A stretch of 64,000 nt of DNA, taken from NCBI RefSeq assembly GCF_006345805.1, contig NC_043005.1, positions 66,526,001 through 66,590,000 on the forward strand. Reading direction: 5' to 3'. Position numbers and translations under genes: made by a program. Below, piece after piece: positions 13,830 to 26,595 of this stretch. Each line of letters starts with the position of its first letter. Within the stretch, counting starts at the first letter, position 1. Source of the stretch: Octopus sinensis (Eukaryota). The notes beneath the pieces were generated by a model that saw only the letters and a program-made list of their open reading frames with translations, was not told where the DNA came from and searched no databases.

Positions 13830-14083
13830 GTGTGTTAGGCATGATAAAAATATATTAAGATAAATACATAACAAAAACACCAGGACTTACAAACACATAT
13901 AACATACAGAAAATTGCACTACTAGGCACTGCACACATCCTACGCAGAACACTTTCAATACAGTAACCATCAGAGCATCACAAAAAATCACAGCACATAC
14001 CCAAGGCACACAGAGCTGCGCTCGGTAGTGAAGTGATAGCACGTTATAAAAATAAAACTACTGAATGATAATAATAATAATAA
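13830..14083 (+). mobile_element. R4/Dong-like 3' end (lineage A)
   Basis: Near-identical to 16735-16975 and ends in (AAT)n. Confidence 0.85.
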
Positions 14084-14084
14084 T

Positions 14085-15050
14085 GTGACTGCCATCAACA
14101 TATGGGCTGTTGCTGTCGTCCACTACTGTGCACCCATCCTCAAATGAACACAAGCGGAAATTAACCAACTTGATCACATTACCTGAAAGACAATGACAAT
14201 ACATGGTGCCCTCCACCCTAAGGCGAACGTACACAGGCTTTACATGAAGAGGTATAAAAGTGGGTGTAGGCTGATTAGCGTACGGGAGTGCATGAATAGT
14301 GAAAGAAGAGGCATAGCAGAATATTTGGTAAACAGCAAACAAGACCTGCTGCCGTATGCTGCTAATGCAGAAAGATTTACCAAAAATGGACTTGAGAGTA
14401 CTTATGAATTCCGATCACGAATAGCCAGCGAGAGAGAAGAAATCCTACTCTGCATGGAATTACATGGTCGGTTCCACATTAAAAGACCAAAAAGCATCAT
14501 GTAGGTCGCTCAGCAAGGGTGACCGAAAAAAGAAAGATGAAAGCCTAATCATCGCTGCCCAGGATTAGCCATTGAATACTAACTCAGTGAAAAGATATAT
14601 ATATATATCACACAAGGCCAATGAAACTCTGCAGAACGTGTGGGAAGAAGGTCGAAAGCGTGGTTCACATTGTTAGTGCTTGTGAAAGTCTTGCGCAGAA
14701 ACAATAAAAGCGCATACATGAAAAGGTAGCGCAGAACCTTCACTGGCTACTATGCCGGAAGTATGGATGCGAGGTGACGGGTTCTTGGTATCAACATACA
14801 CCGGAAAAAGTAATGGACCAAAAGGGGAAGGCAAAAATCCAGACAGACAAGGTGTTAGAAGACCGAAGACCAGATATAGTAACCTTTAGGAGGGATAAAA
14901 AAAGTGCCTTATAATCGATGTAGCTGTGCCAGGAGATCAACATATCATCATGAAAGAAAAACAAAAGATTAATAAATATAGAGACATGAGAATTGAGATC
15001 GCCATAAAGTCAAACATAGAGGTTGTCTTTATTATCACCGGAACACAGTG
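14085..15050 (+). mobile_element. R4/Dong-like ORF fragment, decayed (lineage C)
   Basis: HGALHPKANVHRLY, a CCHC knuckle relic, RPDIV and IIDVAVPGD...EKQKINKYRD endonuclease motifs, interrupted by stops and frameshifts. Confidence 0.8.
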
Positions 15051-15344
15051 TTCCGATGATAATGGTAACTTCTATTACACTTTACTAAGGATATTCCTTC
15101 ATTCTTCGTTGGTAGAACTGCTAACTACTAATACCCTTTATTAAGGATATTCCTTAATTCTTCCTCTCTGAAGAGGGCCTATAACTGGCTCATATGAAAG
15201 TCCTTGATTGATGAACTATGCGCCATATGCACAGCTATTCTAGAGACAGCTGTAAGGGACTTTATGCATTATTTCTTAATCCATTATTTGCTCTAACAAA
15301 TCAGCAATTATGTTTGAATTACAGTTCATACTTTCAATATCAAA

Positions 15345-15572
15345 CAATCTGAAAAAAAAAGAACAAATTAAAAACAGCCGGAAACTTTAGAAATACCCTA
15401 CAATCTTGGCGTATTGCAAAAATCGGCATTACTTGGAACTGCACGCATATTGCGTAGAGTAATGTCTGTCTGAGATCCTTGTTGTAACTTCACGAACAAA
15501 CCTCCGGTAGACAATAGCTTGAATCAACACAATCAGCATTATCACGATACGGGATACTGTGCAACGCCTTAC
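15345..15572 (+). mobile_element. R4/Dong-like 3' end (lineage D)
   Basis: LQKSALLGTARILRRVMSV* plus 3' UTR, followed by (AAT)n at 15573-15655. Confidence 0.7.
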
Positions 15573-15583
15573 ATAATATAATA

Positions 15584-15654
<71 letters not shown>

Positions 15655-16975
15655 TATTAACACTTTAGCTGTCCCAGTTATAAGTTACAGCTACAATATC
15701 CTTAACTGGACACTAAATGAACTGACCAAAATAGATAGGAAAACAAGAAAAATAATGACAGGATCTAGGATGCATCACCCAAAATCTGACATAGAAAGAC
15801 TATATATATAACGTATAGAAGGTGGTAGAGGCCTTATACAGCTGGAAAACTACTATAAAATAACCACCATAGGACTGCAAAAATATCTACTTCAGAAGGA
15901 AGGAAAACTGATACAAATAGCGGCAAAACACGAGCAAAACAAAAAAAACTGTTCTCAGTATTTAAGAAAGCTGACAAATACAAACAAGAAATCATACCAC
16001 CGAATAAATATGAAGAAGAAGAAGAAGAAGATGAAGAAACAACAAAAGCTATAAAACAAATGAAATCCAAACTAAAACTAGAACAGCAAAGAACCATGAT
16101 AAAACGATGGCAAGGAAAGACCCTTCATGGTAAATACTGGACTAAACTAAATGCAAAAGAAATAGACAAAGAAAAATCTCAGCAATGGTTGAGAAGCTCA
16201 GGACTCAAAGCAGAGACAGAGGGATTTTTAATTGCAGCACAAGACCAAAGCCTCCCCACCAGAAATTACCAAAAACATGTAATGAAAAGAAATATAACAA
16301 GTAACTGCAGAATATGTGGAGATGGACAAGAAACAATAAACCATATTATCTCTGGCTGCCCAGTCCTGGCTAAGAAGGAATATATTCACAAACATGACAG
16401 AGTTGAAACCTACATACAGTGGAAGCTATGCCAACATTATGGAATAACAACAGAAAAAAGATGGTATAGGCACACACCAGAAAAGGTCATAGAAAGCGAG
16501 AAAGCAACCATACTCTGGGATATGCCGATACACACAGATAGAGAAATTAAGGCCAACAGACCAGATATAGTTGTCAGAGATCATGAAGAAAAAAATGCTT
16601 TCTAATTGATGTATCAATACCGGCAGATGACAACGTGTCTCTAAAAGAAATGGAGAAACTTTCAAAATACAAAGACCTGGAAATAGAGGTAACTCGAATG
16701 TGGAATCTAAAAACAGAAACAATTCCTATCATAGTAGGTGCATTAGGCATGATAAAAAAATATTCAGACAAATTCATAACAAAAACACCAGGACTTACAA
16801 ACACATATAACATACAGAAAATTGCACTAATAGGCACTGCACACATCCTACGCAGAACACTTTCCATACGATAACCATCAGAGCATCACAACAAATCACA
16901 GCACATACCCAAGGCACACAGAGCTGCGCTCGGTAGTGAAGTGAAAGCACGCTATAAAAATAAAACTACTGAATG

Positions 16976-17045
<70 letters not shown>
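15655..17045 (+). mobile_element. R4/Dong-like RLE non-LTR retrotransposon, 5'-truncated (lineage A)
   Basis: ORFs 16060-16605 and 16635-16874 contain AAQDQSL, CRICGDGQETINHIISGC (CCHC), RPDIV and EKLSKYKDLEIEVTRMW (RLE). Flanked on both sides by (AAT)n. Confidence 0.92.
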
Positions 17046-17050
<5 letters not shown>

Positions 17051-17150
17051 TTAAAATAAGAGTGCCATAGTCATCTAGTGAACGATATTTCGACATCTTG
17101 TGTGTCTTCAAGTTAAAAAAATAAATTTGTCAATCTACTTCATTTTGGTT

Positions 17151-17316
17151 AATATATGAAGGATTGAGGTAACTCCTCCTGAAGATATAGAGTCAAAATT
17201 AAAAGAAGAGTACCATTGTCATTTATTGAATGATATTTCACTAGATGACAATGGCACACATCTTTTAATTTTGACTCTACATCTTCTGGAGGAGTTACCT
17301 CAGTCCTTTATATATT
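17151..17316. repeat. 166-bp palindrome (80-bp arms, 6-nt loop), possibly a MITE
   Basis: aatatatgaaggattgaggtaactcc... pairs with ...ggagttacctcagtcctttatatatt. Confidence 0.9.
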
Positions 17317-17354
17317 AATAATAATAGTAGTAATAATAACGATAGCAGCAAGAA

Positions 17355-18030
17355 TGTCAGGCACACACTTGAGTCCTGAATGTAGGATGAAAGATTGCAA
17401 AGATAAAGCACTGTACAGGAAATTGAAAACGAATGAAACTGAAAATAGGTGGGTAAAGAAAAGAATGCGTGGTCAATTTCATAAGGATGTTGAAGCTAAG
17501 ACTGAGGGAAAAAAGATGGCTGTGGATGGATAAAAGTGATTTAAAACCGGAAACGGAGGCTGTAATCTGTGCTGCCCAAGAGCAAGCACTAAGAACAAAC
17601 TATATTATATACAGAACAGACAACACACCAGAAAGTGATAAATGCAGAATCTGTGGACAATATGGTGGAACCGTATGGCTAGATCATAGATATAGCATGC
17701 ACAGCTGACAACATGGTATGCGATAAGGAAGAAAGGAAAGTCGAGAGATATGACAGGTTAGCTTGGGAACTTAAGCAGTTATGTTTGATGAAAAAGGTAG
17801 CAGTAGTACCAATAAGTGTCGGAGCCCTAGGAGGTGTGAGCAAAAATCTCGAGAAGTACGTGGAACAAATAGGGGCTGCAATAAGGGCGGAGCACTTGCA
17901 GAAAGCAGCACTGCTTGGAATCGCTCGAATACTCTGGAAGATGCTCCAAAAATAAGAGGTGTTACCTTAGTTCTCCGGTAGTGAACAGCTGATACCGTAG
18001 TATATCTCCAGCGTTAGAAGCTGTGCAAAG
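17355..18030 (+). mobile_element. R4/Dong-like 3' portion (lineage E)
   Basis: LKPETEAVICAAQEQALRTN...CRICGQ and QKAALLGIARILWKML, followed by AAT/AGT repeats. Confidence 0.85.
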
Positions 18031-18099
18031 GCAATGATATTAATAATAATATTAATAATAATGATAATAGTAGTATCAGTAGTAGTAGTAGTGATAGTT

Positions 18100-18141
<42 letters not shown>

Positions 18142-18896
18142 ATAATAATAATAATAACAACAACAACAATGATGATGATTATGAAAATAATAGAATTTAT
18201 ATTCAAATATATATACGGATGTATATGCAAATGTATGTATACATGTTTGTATACATATATATGTAGATATATGAATTTATCAATTTTTATGTGTGTATGT
18301 GTATGTTTGTGTGTACGTGTGTGTACATGCGTGTACATATATGTATACACACTTACATGCATACAAACACACATATACACACACATATATATATATATAT
18401 ATATAGAGAGAGAGTAAGAGAGAGAGAGAGAGAGAGGGAAAGAATGAGAAAGAAATGTGCAGTTGTAGAAAGAATATGAATATGTTGGGTGGAGACACAG
18501 AGCTTACATTTACACAATGTTCAAGCAACTTCCTGGCTTTTTGTTCGTCGGTGTCTTTGAAGTTAGATATAGGTACAGATCGATAGCTAATAATTTTTTT
18601 ATCAAGCTAGAGTATACTCGACTATAATAGATCTGAGATGTTATTGATCTAATCTGTTGAAGTTTTCTATTTTCAACTGACAGCATCTCTTAACATAAAC
18701 TAAAACTATAATGTGACGCCATATTTACACTGAGAAAAGAGATTACAGAAATTTCTGAAAGTGATAGCGATAGGGACTGAGTGAGATTGTATTTTTACGG
18801 AAAATACACACAAATACAAAATATCACATACACACACACACACAAATACACACACATGTACGCATACATATCTTGCTTGCGCACACATGCTCTGTG

Positions 18897-18946
<50 letters not shown>

Positions 18947-19062
18947 CATATATATATATACATATATACATACATATATATATATATATATAGACACTTA
19001 CATACTCAATATTAAAGCACCCATTCGCATGAGCAAAAAGACGATGAGTATATTGATAATAC

Positions 19063-19096
<34 letters not shown>

Positions 19097-19209
19097 AATA
19101 AAGATTAAAAAGATTTGAATGGTACAACAATGCACTATAATATAGACAATGGGATATATACCTGTTGTAATTTAGTCATCCATAGTCTGATTTAGATTAG
19201 GAATAATTT

Positions 19210-19455
19210 AAAAAAAACCATTCAAATACATAACCAAAATACCAAGACTTGTACAACGTACAGAAAATACCACTACTAGGCAACGCGCATATCCTACTTA
19301 AAGAAATTTCAGTACAGTGAAAATAAGAGCACCACAACAAACCACAGCACATACCTCAGGCACACAGAGGTTCACTCGGTAGTGCAGTGAAAGCACGTGA
19401 TAAAAATAAGACTGTTGAATAATGGTAGTAATATCATAATCATAATAATAATAAT
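19210..19455 (+). mobile_element. R4/Dong-like 3' end, diverged lineage A copy
   Basis: Similar to 16760-16975 and ends in AAT repeats. Confidence 0.75.
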
Positions 19456-19667
19456 ACTTTCTACTAACAGCACAGGGCCTGAAAATTTGTGTGGGTGGGT
19501 GGGTGGGTAAGTCGATTACATTGACCCCAGAGCATGACTGGTACTTATTTTACCGATCTCGAAAGGATTAAAGATGAAGTCGACAGCGGCGGAATTTGAA
19601 TTCATAACGTGAAGATGAACGAAATGCCGCTAAGCATTTTACCCATCCTGTTAGCAATTCTGCAAGC
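19456..19667 (-). mobile_element. SINE family 2
   Basis: Reverse-complement similarity to 52486-52718. Confidence 0.75.
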
Positions 19668-19699
<32 letters not shown>

Positions 19700-19754
19700 G
19701 TAATGCTAATACTACTACTACTACTACAACTAATAATAATAATAATAATAGTAA

Positions 19755-19804
<50 letters not shown>

Positions 19805-20154
19805 TTAATAATAGTAATAATAGTAATAATAATAATAATAATAATAACAACAATAACAACAACAAGAGCACTCAGAGAGCGCAAACTTCCGCCATGGCAA
19901 CACCAATTTCCTCTCAACGAGTGGCCGTAGATGATGTTTAAAATGAAAATATCTGAAATAACCTCGACTGCTCTCACAAACGAGAATACTAAAAATGAAC
20001 CTGATCGCTCTCAAAAATTAAGTAAAAAAAAACCCGGAAAAATAGTCCAGAATCCTTGTCCTGTATCTGATCGATTCCAATGGTATTCATGGAATGTAAA
20101 GGTGGGTGTGCGGGCGCTGTTTGTAATGCTGTGTGTGTGTGTTGTCTGCAGTGG

Positions 20155-20320
20155 GAACAGAGAGAGTTTTCTCTATGAAGGCCTTTTTTAGTCTATCCAC
20201 TGATACAGTGTCTTTACGACTATTAAGCTCTATAGTTAAAAACTCATCCGTGCATGAAAGAAAATGGAAAGGAGTCGCATACGGTACTGTTAACGGAGGT
20301 TTAACACCATCGTTGTGCAC
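20155..20320 (-). mobile_element. Gypsy LTR-retrotransposon integrase C-terminal (GPY/F region) fragment
   Basis: ORF 20087-20320: HNDGVKPPLTVPYATPF...DTVSVDRLKKAF resembles the KPPLxPPYxGPF...VSxDRLK motif. Confidence 0.7.
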
Positions 20321-20639
20321 AAAAACGTGAGTCCAAGAAGTAAAATTTCCTTCAAAGCAGAGCTAGAAATGTAAGTGTCAAGGAGGCAAGAGGTTTTAAA
20401 CAGGAGCGATATATTCAAAATTGGTAAAACTAAAAATTGTTGAGAATAAATCAAATTCATCACTGTTACTGAAAATGTTAGTGTTATTTAATTTCTGAAC
20501 GGTTTTGCTACTGTTTGTTTATATAGTTTATGTTCTTTATCTATCAGTTTCTAAAAAGACAGAAACGCGAGTAAAATTAATAATAAAGAAACGAAAATAA
20601 AACTTAGGAAACAGCAACGCCGCCATAACTTACGTTTAG

Positions 20640-22310
20640 TTCAAGGGTACTGGCTAAAGAAATTTAGTAGTTTACATGGGAGGCTGAGGGAACAACTTCA
20701 GGATTGCCTTAATGAAGGAAGAATGCCAGATTGGATTACTAGGGGGAGGACAATACTCATTATGAAGGATAAGAGCAAGAGTAATACAGCTAGCAATAAT
20801 AGACCAATCAATTGCTTACCATTAGTGTGGAAGCTGTTAACAGGAATGCTTTCAGAGAGCATTTACGAGGAGGTTGACAACCAGAATTTGCTACCAGAAG
20901 AACAGAAAGGTCGCAGGAAGAAGTCTAGAGGAACGCATGATCTATTATATATAGACAAAGCAGTTCAAACTGAAGTAAAAGCTGGAAAGAAAAATCTAAC
21001 AATAGCATGGATAGATTATAGGAAAGCCTGTGACATGAGTCCTCACTCATGGACAAGTAAAGCAGGCAACATTAGAGAATTAATTAGCTTAGCTGAGCAA
21101 GAAGAAATGGAAAGTAGATCTATAGTCAGGTTACACACTCTTAGGGTAAGTTAATAAATCAAAAGAAGATTTTTTCAAGGGGTCACGCTGCCCCCTTTAA
21201 TATTTGTCTTACGTTTGATCTCCCTCAGTTTAGTATTCATGAAGGTGAAAACATGGTATCAGTTGAGAAATAGTAAGGAAAAAATTAACCATTTGCTATA
21301 CATGGATGATCTGACATTGTTTTTAGTAAGAGTAAGAAAGAGATAGTCATTCAGCAAATATATTGGCATAGATAAGTGTGCAATATTAGTCATGAGAAGG
21401 GGACGATCTGAAAGCATTCTAATAAGAATGAAAAAGAGATAGATTCCTTAATACAGACTGTAAGACTTTTCAGCAAAGATATAGGCATGGAATTTGGCAT
21501 AGATAAGTGTGCAATATTAGTCATGAGAATGGGATAGGTAGTCAAGAGCGAAGGCATCCAATTACCAGTTGGCCAGACATTAAAATCGTTGACAGTTAGA
21601 GAGAGTCGTAAATATCTAGGAGTATTGGAATCTGACGGAGTACTAACTACAGAAATGAAAAACGAAATTGAGGAGTACATCCGAAGGATGAGAAAGTTAA
21701 CGAAGTCAAAGCTAAATGGTCTGAAACTAGTGAAGGCTGTAAATACTTGGGCAGTATCATTACTTAGATACTTGGCAGCTTTTGTAGATTGGACAAAAAC
21801 TGAATTAGCAAAGTTAAACAGAAGAACTACGAAGGAATTCAATATGAGTGGAAGACTTCCCCCAAGAGCAGAAGTAGCAAGATTATACCTAGCTGATAAG
21901 GAAGGTGGAGGAGGGTTAATATCAGTGGAAGACTGTGTGGAGCTAGCTAGAGTATATATAGACTCAAATGTAGGTAATAGCGAAGAAAGTTTATTAAACG
22001 CTGCTAGAATCACAGGAAAACATAGGGAAACCAAAACACCAAACGAACTTGAAATCCAGAAAAAAAAGAACAAAAATTATCTGACTGGCAGGAGAAGGCG
22101 TCGCATGGTAGATTCCCAAATATAGTTTCAGCAAATAGTAGTAGTGAGACATGGTTATGGTTGTAGAAGGGAAAGCTGAAGAGAAGGACAGAAAGTTTGA
22201 TAGTAGCTGCAGAATATCAAACATTAAGGACTAATTAGATAAACGCTAAAATAATAAAAAAAACAAGTAGATTCCCAGTGTAGATTATGCAAATCAAAAG
22301 AGGAAAGTGT
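20640..22310 (+). mobile_element. R4/Dong-like reverse transcriptase region, decayed
   Basis: GRTILIMKD, NNRPINCL, EEQKG, AWIDYRKA, LLYMDDL, KYLGVLE, AVNTWAV and GGGGLIS motifs. Contains frameshifts and an internal duplication at ~21350-21540. Confidence 0.9.
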
Positions 22311-22382
22311 TATTCCTATTAAAGGTGTAAGTAGCACTTACACTTTTAATATGAATACAAGAACAGAATGAGCACCGCCCTT

Positions 22383-22741
22383 AGTCTAAAATATCGACCA
22401 CAGGACTTATTATTTGTAAGCCGAGTACTTATTCTATCGGTCTCTTTGACGAACCGCTTGGTTACGAGGAAGGAATCACACTATCGGTAGTCAAGCGATG
22501 CTGGGGGTGGGGGGACAAACACAGATACACAAATACACATACACACACACACACACATACACATATATATGTACACGACGGGCTTCTTTCAGTCTCCGTC
22601 CACCAAATCCACTCAGGAGGCTTTGGTCGGCCCGAGGCTATAGTAGAAGACACGTGCCCAAGGAGCCACACAGTGAGACTGAACCCGGAACAATGTGGTT
22701 GCTAAGCAAACTACTTACCACACAACCACTACTCCTACGCC
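22383..22741 (-). mobile_element. tRNA-type SINE family 1
   Basis: Reverse complement of the element at 12353-12776. Confidence 0.85.
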
Positions 22742-22838
22742 TATATCATATATATGTATGTATATGTATATCTACGTATATGTGTGTATATATATGTAAA
22801 TTATGTTTATATATGTATATATATATATATAAATTTAT

Positions 22839-22907
<69 letters not shown>

Positions 22908-22959
22908 GTTTGTATGTATGTGTGTGTGACTATGTGAAATAACCTAAACGACCATCAAG

Positions 22960-23760
22960 CTAATTTCGAGGAAAATCCTATAATTAGACTGATTTGCCCT
23001 TCTAAATTTGAAAATGACTGAGTGAGTAAAAAATCCTAGATCGTATTATTCCTTCTTTAAAATCAATATTTTCTCTTAATCTTTAGACTCGTTCTTGATA
23101 CGTAATAGACTGGTTTGTCAGCTTAAGGGAAAAAAGAATATAAAACTTTTATAATTTTATATCAATAACTATTTTTCATCAATTAATCCTATTCTTCTTA
23201 ACAAACACTGATCTTAACAAAAAACTAAATTGATGTAATTCTACGTACCAGAAAAAAACAAAAAAAATATTATTAAATTTTAAATAAACTATGGACTGGG
23301 AAAAATAGACCTGACAGCTTCGATATCAGTATGCGATCTAGTATCTCTGCAGAAGTCACAGCCCTTGTAGAATTGTATTTATCATATAATGTAAGAGAGC
23401 AACTTCCTTCTAGTAAAGGAGGTCAATATAGAGACGATTCTCTCTTGTTTGATTTTATAAATATATTAATTTAGAAATTGAGCGTAACACAAAAGGAATC
23501 ATTACATTCTTTTAAAATGTCGTGCTCTCGATCTTGGTTCAAAGCGTAAAATAGCTGATTTAATAGATGTCTCTTTTAGTTTGAACTCTGGTTCATATAA
23601 ACGGTGTAACAAAATTAGTGAAAATCTTCATTACATATACAAAATTCCAAATTATCGACGTGTAACAATAAATTCGATTTTAAATGGCATTTCACAGCGT
23701 ATTTCTAGAATTGCAACCAACAAAAATATTTTTCTTGTAATTCCTGTAATTACAAGCAGT
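22960..23760 (+). pseudogene. Penelope-like element RT relic
   Basis: NFEENPIIRLICPSK, SFDISM...AEVTALV, GQYRDDS and DVSFSLNSGSY...GISQRIS match PLE RT motifs (RLINPAK, FDVTMGS, YRDD, thumb). Contains stops and frameshifts. Confidence 0.75.
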
Positions 23761-23801
23761 TACCGTGGAGAATAAATCTCTCTTATGGTAAAAAGGTGTA
23801 G

Positions 23802-24137
23802 AAACACCGGCTCTTTCAGTGTCGCCCTCTATTAGGAATCTCAGACATCGATGTTTCCGGCTATAAGATTTACCAAAGGGAAGCAACTCTGAAAGAACTT
23901 AGAAAGCTATATAGCTTTATGCATAATCCAGTCAATTCGCGTTAGTGCGAAGCAGTGTTTAGGTATGAGCAGAATTTAGATAAGTTGAAATATATCATAA
24001 GGCAAACACACTGCATCGATGTCTGAGATACCTAAGAAAGGACGACACTGAACGAACCAGTGTTTACCTCGCTCGGGCGATCTACTAGCGTAAGCCAGTC
24101 AATGTTTTGACTGCATTATACATAAAGCTATAGCTTT
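23802..24137. repeat. Two interleaved inverted-repeat pairs
   Basis: Pair A is 23802-23853 with 24014-24065. Pair B is 23903-23935 with 24107-24137. Confidence 0.8.
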
Positions 24138-24393
24138 CTAAGTTAATTGAGAGTTGGCTCTCATATGCACATATATGTGTATGTATGTATAGTTATGTCG
24201 GTATGTGTGCATATAAATGTATTTATATTTGTGCGTATGTGTATGTTTGTGTGGTGTGTGTGTGTGTGTGCATTTGAGTGTAGTGTGTGCACATAAGTAT
24301 TTCTTGCGTGTGAATATAAAAATATGAGTGTTTATCATACATACACATATAAGTATGTATGTATGAATATCTGTAAGAATATATATCTGTATA

Positions 24394-24896
24394 TCTATAT
24401 ATATAAAACTGAGAATGCGTGTCTGTCTGTCTGCCTGTGTGAATCCCTAAAACTTGAGAACTACACAACCAATTTCATTCAAATTTTACACATGCCTTAC
24501 TTAGAGTCCATGAAGTGTCATGGGCAAAAAAGTTTTAACTTCACATCTAGGGCGAGCTCAGAGCAATATCATATCTTCTCCACTATTTCAGTATTACGTG
24601 TTAAAAGTGAAACAAAAACATCTCTCTATTGTAATGTCAGATGCTTTCATTAATAGTTTCACTGTAATACTGAAACTATTAAAGTGAAACTATTATATAA
24701 GAGGGGTGAACAGTTAGTGGACATCCATTTTGTTAGAAGAAGATCCGCTATGGTCTTACCACTAACAAAGGTATGGTAAGACCATAGCGGATCTTCTTTT
24801 AGCATAATGGATGCCCACTTACAGGTCATCCGTCTTGTATGTATGTAATATAATTTTTTCTGAAACTTCAGATTTTTCAATATGCTAGACCACTAG
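24394..24896 (+). mobile_element. Probable non-autonomous Helitron
   Basis: A|TCTATATATATAAA start followed by GTCT repeats, ending in CTAG|T. The terminal hairpin is not clear. Confidence 0.45.
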
Positions 24897-24966
24897 TTTT
24901 AAATTGATATTAATGAAATTAATATTCAATTTTTCACCCTTATTATTTTAAATTTAAATTTAGATG

Positions 24967-25001
<35 letters not shown>

Positions 25002-25252
25002 TATATATATATATATATATATACATGTATATGGATGTATATATATATTATATATATATATATATACATGTATATATGTATATATGTATAGGTATAGATG
25101 TATTTCTATAGATATAGATGTATATGTATATGTGTACATGTATATATATATATATATATATAGATGTGCATGTAATATGTACGCATATATATACACACAT
25201 ATATTCATGCATACATATATGCACCCATACACACACACACATACATAGTTGC

Positions 25253-25865
25253 AGGTGTGGCTGTGTGTTAATAAACTTCGTTCTAAAACACATGGTCCTG
25301 GGTTTAGTCCCACTGTCTGGTGACTTGGCATGTGTCTTCTGCTATAGCCTCACATCAACCAAAGCCTTGTCAGTGGATTTTGTAGACAGAAACTGAAAGA
25401 AATCAATCGTATATATATGTATCTACATATGTAAGTCTATGTGTGTCTTTGTTTTTCTCCCTAATCACTGCTTCACAACTGCTCCATAACTTATTGCTTT
25501 CACAAGATGAAACTGATAGAATAAGTACCAGGCTTATCAAAATAAAAAAAAACACTAGGTAGTGTCTTATACTTTTGTTTGCCCACTCAGTTGTATCTAT
25601 CAAATATGTGTGTGTGTGTGTGTGTATGGATTTCGTAGACAGAAACTCAAAGAAATCAATCGTATATATATCTAAGTGTATGTGTGTGGCTTTGTTTCTG
25701 TGTCTCGCCCTCATCACTGCTTCACAACTGCTGTTTGTTTATTTACATCCTCATAACTTACTGGTTTCACAGAAGAAACTAATAGAATAAGTAGCAGGCT
25801 TATCAAGATTAAATAAAGCACTAGGCTGTGTCTCATATTTTTGTTTGCTCACTCAGTTGTATCTA
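25253..25865 (+). mobile_element. SINE family 1 with a local ~245-bp tandem duplication of its 3' part
   Basis: The gtagacagaaact...gataga ataagt segment is present twice (~25380-25600 and ~25627-25865). Confidence 0.75.
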
Positions 25866-25929
25866 CCAATTTATCTTTGTGTGTATATATATATATATTT
25901 TTTTAAAAAATATATATATAACACCACAC

Positions 25930-25999
<70 letters not shown>

Positions 26000-26561
26000 C
26001 AGTATGTATATGTGCACATTCACGGAAATTAAATGTAGATGAAAACGATTTAAACACAATAAAGTTCATTCAGATTGTTATAATTACTTTTGAAATATTT
26101 GACAGTATACAAACCAAAGCAGTAAATGACCTACAAGATACAAACTGGCTGAAGTAGTGGTGCTAGTATAAATCGTAGCAGTATCTTTTCCAGCAGCCTG
26201 ACATCACTGTAAGTGACAAATTCAACATAACTATAATCGACATTATAGACAATAAATATTGCAGTTGATAACGAGACAAATATGGCAGACATTAATTTGT
26301 TTGAATTGGATTGTACGCTGTCTTTAAATTTGACAGCTTTTAAGGCAAAGAGTAATAAAATGTATCGCTAAGGAGAGTGGAGGCAAAGCCAATGGTAATA
26401 CTCTTTTACTTCGATTTGATAAATTCTGTTTCTTTAGCACTGTTTCCAAACAATCGGTGTAATTATTTTGAAATAAAATATATATTTATATTGTACTCAC
26501 ACACGCACTCACATGCACACATACATACATACATACATACATACATACATACATACATACA

Positions 26562-26595
<34 letters not shown>

